This document shows, in pieces, positions 26,813 to 39,622 of a stretch of 64,000 nucleotides of DNA. A program made the position numbers and the translations under genes. Position 1 is the first letter of the stretch; every line of letters starts with the position of its first letter. Source of the DNA: Adineta vaga (taxonomy: Eukaryota > Animalia > Rotifera); NCBI GenBank assembly GCA_021613535.1, contig CP075497.1:11904001-11968000 (forward strand), read 5' to 3'. The notes under the pieces were generated by a model. It was not told where the DNA came from. It searched no databases and was given only the letters and a program-made list of their open reading frames with translations.

Positions 26813-29800
26813 ATGTGTGCATGTTATGTACTCCAAGCATCATCATCTATTCGAAGTACTTATCGTTTTGTAAGTATCTTTTTATTAATTCTTTCGAGTT
26901 TTACACAAAAATTTCATTCTCTAATTCTGTTCATTGAAGAATCAACTCCAATAAGAACCTTTTTTTGTCATTCTCTTCATTAAATGCTTTATTAATATTA
27001 AATCTTTTTTTGCCTGAGTATATGAAAAGAAACTCATTCAACCATGTTTACAAATAAAAAGTAAAACGATGCATTGTCATCATCATCATCTGTATTCCAA
27101 TCGATAAAAGACTTATCATTTTCAAGTAGCTATTTGAATAGATCTTTAGTAAATAAAATCGATTCGTTTGTTAGAAAATAAAACGAACAGATTGAATCAA
27201 TTAATTGTAATTTATACTGAAAAATCATATTGAAGTATTTCCTGTTATGGAATACTCGAACGAGAAAATACCGAAACAAATTCAAGAAGAAAAAGAAGTC
27301 TCGTTTTTGTTATGGATCACAAAGAAACTCATTTATTTAATGCTTGTTTGTGAACAAATGAAAAATGCATAGAATATTGCGAGATGAATTTCGCCTGATT
27401 ATTTCATTTCGGTTCATTATTAAAAAATTGATCTAATTGAAAACGGAATGTAAAATATTGGGAAAGAAATTAGATAAAAGACACGCAGTTGTGCGTGTGT
27501 CTTTATTCGAATAGTTTCTTGGATTGTTCGATCGATAAACATCTATGTGAAGAAGATAGACACACACACACACGTCTCAATGTATCTATGCATACATTAA
27601 TAGACAAAGAAAAAACGGTTATGATCATTCCATTCCGGACGCTTCACGTTCGCCTAGAGAAACCTTTCCTATTGGTGTTAGTGCTTTATATATATATATA
27701 GTTGTTTCCTAGAGAAGAAGAAACTTTTCTTCTCTATATCTGTCTGTAAAGGAATGTCGACGTAATTATTTTTCTTGACTTCATCTATTTTCTATCTCTC
27801 TCTCTCTTTGTCTATCTCTCATACTCCTATCTATCTCTTTATTTCCCTGTTTTTTATGTAGAAATAGTCACTATTGTTAAAAAACCCTACTTGCCGATGT
27901 TAACGAATGCGATGACGCGAGAATATATAACGCTCATGTTCATGACATAACTCATCGAAGCATTTGACACGAGCGCAGGTGTGTTGCTTATATGTTTGAT
28001 AAGCATGCATCATCTAAAAAACTAGTCCTTTAGTAACAACAATTAATTAGTTTCTTCAACACCTCAATCTTCTTGTTATTATTTCAATAAATATTTATTT
28101 CAATATGGAAAAAACGCCTTCATCATCACCTTTATCATCATCAAATACAAAACGTTCATTTCAACGTAAAAAACTGCAATATCAAGAACGTATCACTGAT
28201 CAACCACCATCCTCATCTTTTCCAACAATAACGACCCTAATGCCTACTTATCTAACAGCAGAGAATATTCGAAAAGTACCCTTAAACAATATACCATCAA
28301 ATTTTAAAGATAAACAGGTAGAAAAATAGTTGAACAACTCGATATAGTATTTTTCTATAGTCTCTTTTCTTTTCTTTCTTCTGACTTTTATCAAGAAGAC
28401 ATATTATTTAAACAACTATTCTTTAATTTAAAGAATATAAAAATAGAAGAGAAAGAAGAAAAAAAAGTAATTATTTCAAGTGAATTCTTTAAGAAAGTAA
28501 ATTCGTACTAATCTACATTAACTGGAAGCTTTTCTTTCTCTAATTGACATAAGAGATTTTTCATCTTTTAAAAAAAAGAAAAGAAGAATATTTGAATTTC
28601 TTCATAAACATTAATAGTATTACTTTCCCCTACGACTTTTTTGTTTACAAAAATAGTCAAAAAAATGAACTTCATCTAGTTTTTTTTCTCTTCTTTATCC
28701 AAAAGGTTATCTCAGCTCGAAAGTATGGTATAGTAATATATATAGGAAAAAAATCCGAATGCGAACGAGAGAGAGAGAGATGGAAACAAATTGATTTTAG
28801 TCCACACGATTATTGTACTGTAGAGTAATGCCAATCAAGCAAATGTCATCTTGGGAATTTGCTTTCGTTCTTTGATGATAACAAAAGGCTAGTAAGCGAA
28901 CTAAAAGAAGGAGAGAAAGCAAGTTTCCGGTGGTTTTTTTTTGTTGGCTTTAGTTCTATAGTGAACAATGAGATGAAGAAAGAAAAACAATGAGACGAAT
29001 GAGAAATGGGATAACAACAACAGAACAAATCAGAAGGTTGGGTGTTTTTTAATGATCTCTACTCGTGTGAATAATTATCGTTTTCTGATTTATTGAATAA
29101 ACAGCATTAGATCTTCGTCATTCGATTAATTGAATAAAGATATTGATATATGGTTTTGTTGTTTTAGGAAATGGAATTAAAAGCAGTTGGTAAATTGGGT
29201 ATGGTCAAAAGAAAACAATTTCTTCAAAAACGTGACATTAGTCGATCACATGAGGTAAAAGAAAACTGCAATATTTTTTTTATTATTTATTTGCAATATT
29301 TCCTATCAAATAGAAAGAGAAAAAGAAAAAGAAAAAGAAAACTGTATATTTGATTTGAACGTTTTTCCTCTCTACTCGCAACTCTGTTACTTAAGTTTCT
29401 CTATTGATGATCATGATATAATGATTTTCATCGTTGATCAAATATTTAACTAAGAAAAAGAAAAATTTCTCTTCTTCTTCGTTTTATTCTTCTAACATTT
29501 AACTATGTATCAGTAAGCTTTTAGTCGAAGAAGAAGAAGAAGAAGAAAAAAAAAGGGAAAGATGTGATGCTCATTAATTATGTATGAATTAACAAACGAT
29601 TTTCTTCAGGTATGTGTAGAAAAACAAAACAAACTTAACGAATAGAAACGATTTATCTCGTGTTGTTTTCTTTTTGTGTTCAATACTTTAGAGAATAAAA
29701 ACTCTTCTTTCTTAGATAATAACTTGATTAGTTATTTAATAAAAACTTGTTAGAATAATATTTAATCAAATTCAATAGTATTTCCTGATGATAATCTATT

Positions 29801-32800
29801 GTGATGTGTTTTTATTAATATCAAGTGAAAAATAAAGAGATTTTAAATCGAATGAATAAGGTTTTTTATTGTCTTAGAAAGTAAATTTCATTTCTTGTGT
29901 TATTTTAATCAAACTATTTCTCATTAGAATAACATAAATAGAATCTCTCCTTTTTTTATAATACATACACATATGTGTGTGTGTCGATGAAAGAGTATTT
30001 GTAAACAGATAGAAAGTGTCGGATAATCTATGTTTCATGCCGTTGTTTTTTGTCCATATTGTTCTCCAAGCGGAAGGAGGCGAACAACAATATTCTAATG
30101 TTACTCGTTATATTCCAGCATGTAATTCCTCTGTGTAGAATATCTAAGGAAAAAGTAATCGATTTGTCGGAAGAAGAAGAAAAAAACTGAAGGTCTTTGA
30201 CAATGATCATCACGAAATAATAGTACTTTGAATGACGATAAAACTAATCATATTTTGATAAGACGAAAAAATAGGAAGAGAGAGAGACATGAAGATTTCC
30301 CATTTGTGTATACTTCAATTGCGGAGAAAGATAAGATGCATACTAGTGATTATTCACTGATTGATAAATGATGAGCAGATGACTGTTAGATTATTACTTA
30401 ATGAAGAAAATTTAGTGAAATTATTTCTATAAATTGTTCTTTAGTTTGTTTGCCTTTTGTTTTGTTAAGACATGAACGGCAAAGAAAATATTGCCGAAAT
30501 CTCGTTAATTAAACTAGTAACGATCTAATTCAAGTTGGCATTCAATTGGGAATTATATTTTTGTTTCATCGTTCTTTTTTTCTTTCTCCGAAAACTATTA
30601 ACGAAAAAATGATTGAGATAATGACAATGATGAGAACATGAACAAACGACGATCGTTTCTTGTTGAACGAGAAAAACGAGAAGAAGAGAAACATCCGTGT
30701 TGATAGAATCGTTGGTTTATGCATGGAAAATCGTAGTCTAGAATGCAAACGATGCTCGACACCGGAGGAAGAGAAAGCATATCCTTCCATCATCATCAAT
30801 GATTATTGTATTCGTTTCAATAACGAATTGACAGGCGCAGAAAGTCTTCATTTCTCGCTTTTCTTCTCGCTCTCTCTTTCTCTGATCTTTTTCCGTCGAG
30901 AAACGCACGGACCATTATGTTTTTTCTTCAAAGCAACAATACAAAATAAAATTCCTTCTATCATTCTTATTCTCTTATATGAAAGAACTATCACTTTCCT
31001 TCTCTACTTTTTCTCTCATACGTCTGTCAATCTATCTATCTATAAAATGATGGGTAGTTACCAACAATAATGATATCAATTTATTAAAAAAACGTTCTTC
31101 AATTTGAACATTTAAGCTTTTTTTCCATTTGAATTCCTTTTTCTACGTCTCTTATCAATCTCATCATGTCTTCATTTCGTCTTGATACTGCATTTAATTC
31201 ATTGGCAATCACCTCCACATCATCAATATCTACGACAACAACAACAACAACAAACGCGCCTATTTCTGCTAATCGTTATTTATTAGATGCTGATCCTCGA
31301 CGTTTATCTATCGTCAATACACCAAATACGAATCTATCTGGTGGAAATATTCCTCAACGCCGTACATCTATTGTTAATCATAATCATCAACGTCGAAATT
31401 CTCAATTGCGTAAATCAAGTTTTACTACTTCAACATTGGTATGTGTGACAAAATCTAATTAGTCTGTCTCTTCGTCAATGACATATATAGAAACGGCAAA
31501 AGAAAGAAATCTTGGATATCTTTTCTGCCTAAGAGATATACGTTTGTATGTTTTTTTAAGCAGATGCATAATAATGATGACATCAAATAGAGAAAAGGAT
31601 TTGATATACTTTGGGCAAGTAAAATTTTCCGATGAGAAAAATAATCTTGAAAGAAAATATTCGTTTATATATTTAGTAATCATGTCAATACGATGATTGC
31701 GCAGGAATTTTCTATTTGGAAAGTGATAAATATACATCTAAAGAGATCAATAACACTTCATTATTAGATTTCGTCGTATTTTGTATACTTAAATAATAGA
31801 ATCGTTTCCTTCAATCGATAACAGATGTTGAATGTGTTAAGATCAACTTAGTTGCCGAAGAATCTTTCTCATCTAACGAAGCAAAACATTCGGAAATTAT
31901 ACTAAATGACAAATGCGAGAGTGTAGAAAGAAATATGAGAAATAAACTAAGCAATGGTACTAATAACAGTTAGCCAACATAGATGATGAATCGTTTATTC
32001 CGGTTAATCGCTTTAAGGAAAAAGAACAGAATTAGAAGTCAACGATCGCTATCATCAAATATATCTCGAGAAATCAAAATAATCAGGAGAAACAATTAAT
32101 TTTAATCATTGAATTGTTATCTGTTCAATCACTTATATGATTATCAGAGCAGAAAAGTGCGACAGTTTGTTCCTAGAGAATTTTCTCTCCGATATATTTG
32201 ATTAGTGAGGAAAAGAAAACAGCAATAAGTAAAAGTAATTCTTTTCCGCTGTTAAAACTCTTCATATTTTTATCTTACGGAACAGTTGCCTTTATAAATA
32301 TTTAAGTATGTCATGTTTATAAAACTCTCGTCAACATCATTAAAATACTCATTTATTGATAAAGAACTTGAAGGAAAGAAGATTAATCCATAAATAATGT
32401 TGTCGATGATTAATCGCTTGAAAAAAAAACAAACAACAACGATTCTTATCACTAAACTAGTCGAAGATCGTTTCTTTTCATTGGCAACTTGAAACGAAAT
32501 TTAATAATAAACTTGTTAATTTATTGTCACTTTTTATTGAAGATTTCTTTGAAGAATATTTAATCAAACTAATTCAATTAATTCTAATTGAATTTTGAAA
32601 AAGAAAACCTAACAACGCAAATCATTTCTATCAAGAGAAAAAGAAGAGTTTTCATCAGGAAAGATTTCAAAAACTAGATAAATAGAATTCATTATCGCTC
32701 TAATAGGTAATCCATATTTTTGTTTGGAAAGAATGGTGAATTCGCTCTTTGTTCTCTCCTTCTTCTTTTTTTCCTTAAAAATAGAAAAACGGAAGAAGAA

Positions 32801-35800
32801 GAAGAAAGCCTCTTTTTCTCTTACTTAGAGGTAGTCAATACAAAAAGCCCATATTTATTGATAAGAAAAACATTTTTCTTATTTTTTTGAACTACTTTTT
32901 TTTTACGTTATTAAACTTGAAAGTAAAGAGAGACAGAAATATATCTTTCAAAGAAGATCATTTCTTGTTGACGAGAAAAAGAAATATGATTATGGATTTA
33001 TGAATATTAAATGTCTGAGCATTATCATCAGATTGTTCAATATGTAAGTAAAACATCTTAATCCGTTTTGTTTTCACTTCTTCATTTTTCCAAAGAGAAT
33101 CTCGAATTTCATTTGAAGAAGAAAAAAGGATTTGTTCTCATTATTCTATCTGATCGAATGTGCGCGCGCGCAAGAAACGAATATTGTTTAATGATGAGAA
33201 GAAAGATTTTCTTCATCGATATTTTCTATAGCATGCGTTAGTAATCCGTTTCATGTCTAAAAAAGAAGAAGAAAACGTCTGTCAATCTTCGTTGTTGTCG
33301 CGATGAAATGTGATGATTTGACTATCTGTATCTGTTGTCCGGCCTTTTCTCTCTCTTTCTTTCTTCTTTTTTTTCTAATATGATTTGAATTAATAAGAGA
33401 CTCGTTCACTCTTTTCCGCACAACGTCTGCAACTATCTTAACCGATGTTTCCTCGTTTGTCATCATTTGACATCGGCAATAAACAAAATGTTATTCCAAA
33501 ATCTATGCTCATATATATATATATATATATATGCTTTGACATTCTATGAACATTAACAAAAAATCTCAACTAGAAATCCATGTTTCGACGATTGAGATTA
33601 AATGATCAACATCTTTCCTAACATGTCTATTTCAACAATTAAAAATTTGGGAGAATTTATGGCAGATTGTGCACGGACAACACATCGTCTTTCTTGTTAT
33701 ACACCATTACCAAGTCATGCAACTCAGGTTTGATATCTATCATATTTATTTAATGATGAAGAATTTCGCACATTGAAGGATAAATATGGAATTTTCTTTG
33801 GATTGATCGAAATAAGAAGAATATCTTACAAATGTGAAAATCATATTTTCTCGATGTTTTTCTCCTAATAAGATATTTTGCTTGAATAGCTCTCTTTACT
33901 TCTTTCTTAACAACGATGAATGATTGAAATGTCGTCGTCCTTATCGCTCTTCTTCTTCTTTCTTCTTCTTCTTTTTTTTTACAGTTGAATAAAAACAAAC
34001 AGGAGAAGATAATTCATGATCTTATTAGACAATCGTGACCAGATTTTTTTCTTATTTGTATGATCTAGTAAATAAATCGAGAGAGAAAAAGCAAAAAATA
34101 AGATCCTTAGTATCGTTACTCTTCTCAGAAATGAAATCCAATGGTACTCATCCGATTAGAAGTATGCGTAAGATATATAAATGTTATTAAGAAGATTTGT
34201 ATGTTTGATAAATAATTAAAATGATAACTTCTAGGATTACAACGATTTCAACGAGCTCAGGTATTGATTGTTATTGCTTTTTTCTTCTTCTAAGGAAAAT
34301 CAAATGAAATGAAGCAAAAACAGAAAAAGAAACGGAATTATTTCCGCTCAAGTTTTCTCTCAATTTTTAAATGAGTTTTTCCACTTGTACTTCTTTTTGC
34401 TTCTAAAGCTCAGATAATCAAGGCAATAGAACTGAATAGTTTCGGTGTTTTTTTCTTCTTTTCTTGTTAGTTTGCATGCATGCATATTCAACATCGCATC
34501 ATTTAAAATCGATCACTTCCGAAACAGTACACATGATATAGTAATTCTTCTAGAAATTTGTTCATGTCGATAGATCCTAAATCTTTTCTATTTATGTATA
34601 CATTATTCTACTTGTTATTTTTCTTTTTCGAGGAAAACGAGAATAAATAAATCAATTTCTTTCTTTTAAATAAGAAGAAATTCTCTTGGTATTCAATGAT
34701 ATCTCTCTCGATGCATGTTGGAACATCTAATCGATGTGATCACTAGAGAAAATATTTCAATGAAGTATTGTGTTGTTTTTGCTACTTTCTTTCTTTCTTT
34801 CTTTCTTTTCCTTGAATCCCTATTGTCAATCGAGGAGACTCAATTATTGATTCCATGCGCGCTATCATGCGTCCGTCCTGGCCTTGAATCCATTTATATG
34901 GACTCGTGAAGAGACTTGCGCACACAAACGCAATGGAAAATATTTGTAGCGTACGAATAATACAAGACGAGAACGTATAGAAAGAAGGAAGAAGGGACTC
35001 ATCGTCTTGCCATCGCGTGCCACTGAGCTTTTAAGGATTATAAGAGCAAGGAACTCAGTTAGTCAACAACACATAGTAGCGAATCGAAGACAGAATTACT
35101 TTCTTTCTTCTTCTTCTTTTTTCTTCCTTATTTTTTTTTGCTTCACACTCACACACATCTATATATATATATATGTATGTATTCACAAACAACAATCAAT
35201 CACTATTACTACGACAACAATAATAAAAAAGAACAACGTTGATGATTAGAAAACTTTTTCGAAGATCTTCTTGTTTTCGATGTTTATAAAACAATCATGC
35301 GTAGTCATAGTACGAGTGAAAGTAGAGGAGAACATCATTATCATCAAAATCAACGTCGTTTATTTCTTCGAAATCTTCTTACTGACTTTCGTCGTCAATC
35401 AAGTGTTAATGATTATAAATTTCCAAATACATTGGTATGTTGAAAAGATTCTCCGTAACAGATTAAGATAATACTTTCGACGTGTATTATTTCACTTGGC
35501 CTACATGCAAAGATTTCTTTAGAGATATAAAATATTCTCTAATGTAATAATAATAGAGATTTCGAGAAGAAAATCTCAAAACTTCCTCTGATTAAATCTA
35601 TCTTAAAGTCCCTCTTGAGATCTATCTTTTGTTTTCTTTTCAAGAGATATCAAACAGTTTAAAGAAAATATGTTAGATGAACAAATCCCCAGATATTTGA
35701 GCGAGAAGTTTTTCAACGATAATCATCGTTAATGATCAACTAGAACTTTTCCTTTTATTATTTCATTGAAAAAAGAACATTTAACATCACTGTTGTGATC

Positions 35801-38534
35801 TTTTTCTATTCTTTTCTTTTTTTTTCTTCTATTCATTATGGCATCAGCTGTCTTTGTCTCTCTTCTATTTCGATGTTATTTGACAAAAACGAGACGGAAT
35901 AAATGAAAAGAATAGGCATGCAAAGCAATGATGATCATCGTAATAGTTCTGGCATCCGACTTTCAAATTGTTTCTTTCTGGTTTTTCTTCGACATGCAAT
36001 GTATTATTCTTCTCTTAAATAGACTATCATATCAATAAACGTATGAAGAGAGAAGAACATAGTGTCGATCTCTTGAGAATTTCTTCTTGTTGAAATCTCG
36101 AGGTTACAATTCGAAGGTTAAGAAAGAGATAAGCTTTGAATGTATGAAAAGATCAAAAGAGTAATATAATGATGATGGAATTAAGTGTTGTGATCTGATG
36201 TATAGCTATCTTCTTATGATTGAAAAAACATTTCTCTTTATCAACAAAATGAAAAAAAAAACACATGATGATAGAATCTTTGTTGTGCATGTTTGAATAA
36301 TTCAAACCAATTTCTCTCTTTCTCGTTCTCATTGTGTATGCATGTAGAAAAGGTAATGAAATTGTGTTTCTATCATGAGACTTATCAGAACAAACAAAAG
36401 GTTAGAATCCATTCTTTTTCTCACACCTTTTTTTTTCCTATCTTATCGAAATTTTATCTAAGAGTACAGAGTATCATTATATAACATCAAAACTTTGTAC
36501 TTACAGCCATATCTGGAGTAAAATATGTTTTAAAATCTAATAGATCATAAATAATCGCACTGGTTATTCCATATAAAACATTAGCGCCAACACGCCAACA
36601 GTAACATCGACATTATTCAAATTAAACGGCATTCGTACTCCTTGATGAGCGACTTTTCTCACTTCGGTTATATTTTGTGCCCAAGTTGTAACAATAATTG
36701 CTTGAGGATTATCACGAACAAAATCTCTTAACCAAAAATATGTTCTCGGATCGATAGTATTCTGATCTAATGATTGACTTGATGGTCGATAAGCATATTC
36801 TAATGTTAAATCAATTAATTTCTTCATATTTGAATTTGTTTGACTCCATCGAGAATACAGTGAAGGATATTTATCTTGTAAAAGTTTTAATTGTACACCT
36901 AAACCGATATTTAAATAAGTATCATCAAAATCAGGAGGTATTTCGAAAACATCTTTGAATGATGCACTTCCTGTACGAATTTTATCAATTAATTCAGCGA
37001 TATTTTTTATTCCGAGAACTTTTAAAATATCTTCAATAATTAGAAGATTTCTATCCAGATCCATAATTAGATAACGTAGATTATCAGGTGTGGATTCCCA
37101 TGTATTCGTTGTTTCATTATATGTTTGTGGCCAAAATGTCATCAATGGAACAGATGATTCATTTTGATTATGATCATGAAATTTTTCAATCGCATCAATT
37201 GATAAAGATAAATGTTCAGTATCGATTGTTTGAGGAGCACGACCATACATATTTGCTTCTAATAAAACGGTTGATATCCAACTAGAACAAGAAAACGTAT
37301 TATTATTTCGTAATAGAAAATAAACTTACCCAGTAGCGAACATATTGTTATCGAAAACATAGATAAATTTGTTTTTACGTAGATCAGCTTCGTAAGGTTT
37401 ACCGAAAAAATCGATTCGGATTTCCGAACGATAGAGGCCTAATTGTTTTTCCCAAATCGGAAAATTAAACTTAACAGGTTTTAATATCTAAAACAAAAGA
37501 AACTCCTCCAATGTATATCAATCTACATAAAAAAGCTTCTTTACTTGTTCTTCACTAATTGATTTAATTAATTTTTCCATAACTTGTTCGATTGGTGGAG
37601 TTGCATTTGTATAGTAAACATTGAAACAAATCAACAAAAACAAAAGCTTATGTAATAACATCATAAGAATAACAGCAGTGAAATCTTTATTATTTTCTCG
37701 TTTTATATTCATTTTTTTTGTTATCTTTTTCGCTATGATTATCATCATGTGTAAACTTTGAGTCATTATTTATATCGACATATAATATATGTTCTGTTTC
37801 TTTTAGCAACCAATCGATATTCAAGATACTCTATTAACATTATCTGGAAAAGAAATTCGTGTGGAAATGAGAATTTTAATTCGAATTGATTTTCCAATCA
37901 AAATTTTATGTGTACGTTGTAATCCAAAACGGACACTTTTACAAGTTTTACAACCGATTGTTGACAAATTGAAATTATCGATTGGACAATTTGTTTTTTA
38001 TGTGGTATGAAGAGAGGGAGAAGAAAAACATATTTCGTTCTTTTCTTTTGCTTAGAATGATTCGTTGATACCACTTAATCTCAATGATACAGTTAGTATT
38101 TATGATAATCAACGGATATTTACATTAACAAAGACTGCGTCAGGTGTAGGTTAGTATCGAATCAGAAAAAATTTTCAATGATTTGTTCTTTGTTTTTTTT
38201 TGAAAGATATGTCAAGTAGACAAAGATTTCGACCAACGAATGATATTTTTGAAATGATATCGGAAAATGATGAAGATATTAAATTTGATGAATGTGGAAT
38301 TTTAAAACCAGTCACTGCAACAAAATCAACGATTGTTGTTGTAAGTCAAATAAGATTCTCGATATTCTTTAAATTCATTTTGTTTTATAGTCAAATGATG
38401 ATTATCCTCATTCACCTACACCAGAAAGTACACCAATTAGCGATAGTGATAGTAAGAATGATGAACGTGGTTTTTTGAAATAAAAACTTGTCTTTTCTTT
38501 TTTTTTAGAAATTTACTGCGGTCCCAAACGGTGA
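26813..38534 (+). CDS. RGS12/RGS14/loco-like gene lacking the RGS domain: many alternative phase-0 first exons plus constant exons (end of RBD1, RBD2, degenerate GoLoco)
   Basis: Constant exons start at 37807: QPIDIQDTLLTLSGKEIRVEMRILIRIDFPIKILCVRCNPKRTLLQVLQPIVDKLKL...|NDSLIPLNLNDTVSIYDNQRI, matching the tandem-RBD junction of RGS12. DIFEMISENDEDIKFDECGIL resembles GoLoco. Candidate ATG...GT exons at 26813, 28105, 29171, 29580, 31166, 33011, 33623, 34131 and 35297. Confidence 0.6.
33511..33532. repeat. (AT)11 microsatellite
   Basis: Directly visible, ~90 nt upstream of candidate first exon 33623. Confidence 0.9.
36505..37664 (-). pseudogene. Nested antisense gene for an uncharacterised secreted protein; frameshifted and apparently 3'-truncated
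   Basis: Signal peptide MMLLHKLLFLLICFNVYYTNA; exons give ...VFDNNMFATG|WISTVLLEA...IPPDFDDTYLNIGLG...IDPRTYFW...MPFNLNNVDVTVG. An 8-bp duplication shifts the frame before ANVLYGITSA. The donor at 36504 has no recognisable downstream exon. Confidence 0.7.
36585..36600. repeat. Perfect 8-bp tandem duplication CGCCAACA x2 (possible transposon excision footprint)
   Basis: ttagCGCCAACACGCCAACAgtaac; removing one copy restores the reading frame of the nested gene. Confidence 0.8.
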
Positions 38535-39224
38535 TTAATCTTGTTGTTTTAATATTCGTGATGATTGAATTGAACACTACCCCGGTGTAAAATATTTCAT
38601 GAAAGAAATACTCGATGAAACAACAAAATTTATCAAATCGAAGAAGTGTTTTGGTTCCCTTCTTTCTCTCCTATCTTATCCTACACAATCAATGGTGCTA
38701 TCTCGTATATCCTTGGTGGTGTATCATTGTCTTTGAATGTATGTTCATACCATCAAAGAATTTCCTATTCTTCTATCACTACTACTGTGTTCTCTTTCTT
38801 TCTTTCTTGTCGTATCCATTTCTGTGGTACCAATTTTCTTTTCTTCGTGTTTAATACCTGTATGTCAAGATTTTTCCAGATTTGACATTGTGTCAGTGAG
38901 TGTGTACGTGTGACAATAATGAAACAGTACGAAACTAAATCAGAAAGCAATATATACATATATATATTTATGAAGAAAATGAGAAGATTTTCATTTGAAT
39001 ACAATTATTTCATTCCATATATTTTGTTTTACTTAGATAATGATCATATGCATTCGAGAAAAGTAGATAAAAGAAGGTTCGTGATAGAACAAGGATTAAT
39101 ATTGCTAATGAACTATGACGTCTAATAATCAGCGTATCTTTCAACGAGATAATTTCGTTATCAATGAGCATTAATTCAATGATAATTATGATAATTTAGG
39201 AGGAAATGCGATAGTTATTCTTTC

Positions 39225-39343
39225 GCTTACGGCCATACCACGTTGAATACACCAGTTCTCGTCCGATCACTGAAGTTAAGCAACGTCGGGCTCGGTTAGT
39301 ACTTGGATGGGTGACCGCCTGGGAATACCGAGTGTCGTAAGCT
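39225..39343 (+). rRNA. 5S: 5S rRNA gene (single copy in window)
   Basis: GCTTACGGCCATACCACGTTGAATACACCAGTTCTCGTCCGATCACTGAAGTTAAGCAACGTCGGGCTCGGTTAGTACTTGGATGGGTGACCGCCTGGGAATACCGAGTGTCGTAAGC is a canonical metazoan 5S with terminal stem and Box A/C. Confidence 0.97.
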
Positions 39344-39347
39344 TTTT
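39343..39347 (+). terminator. RNA polymerase III terminator (T5)
   Basis: TTTTT immediately after the 5S 3' end. Confidence 0.85.
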
Positions 39348-39622
39348 ATTTTGTACTAGTTTAATTACCTTCATTAACAAATTTCATTTCGTCGTGTCTT
39401 TTTTTTATTTAAAACAAAATAAAAAATATAATAACTGATAATATCAAGCACGAATAGAAAGTGAAAGGAAGATCAGAAGACAAATGACTATTGAGGAAAA
39501 ACGAATGAATATGTTGCGATTGCTAATCCACATGGATTTATTTAACAAGAAGATGATGAAATATATCATTCAATTGCAATTTTGATTGAATTAATCAATA
39601 AAAATTGAAGAAAAGAAGAATT

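Noticed and set aside
36338-36400. Extra ATG...GT phase-0 segments (MHVEK; MKLCFYHETYQNKQK), and a similar one at 25935-26030
   Set aside because: Too short or weak to distinguish from chance; not counted among the alternative first exons.
38685-38735. miR-29-like seed (TAGCACCATT on minus strand) in a small hairpin
   Set aside because: Hairpin is only ~40 nt and pairs poorly on the seed-bearing strand; not a credible pre-miRNA.
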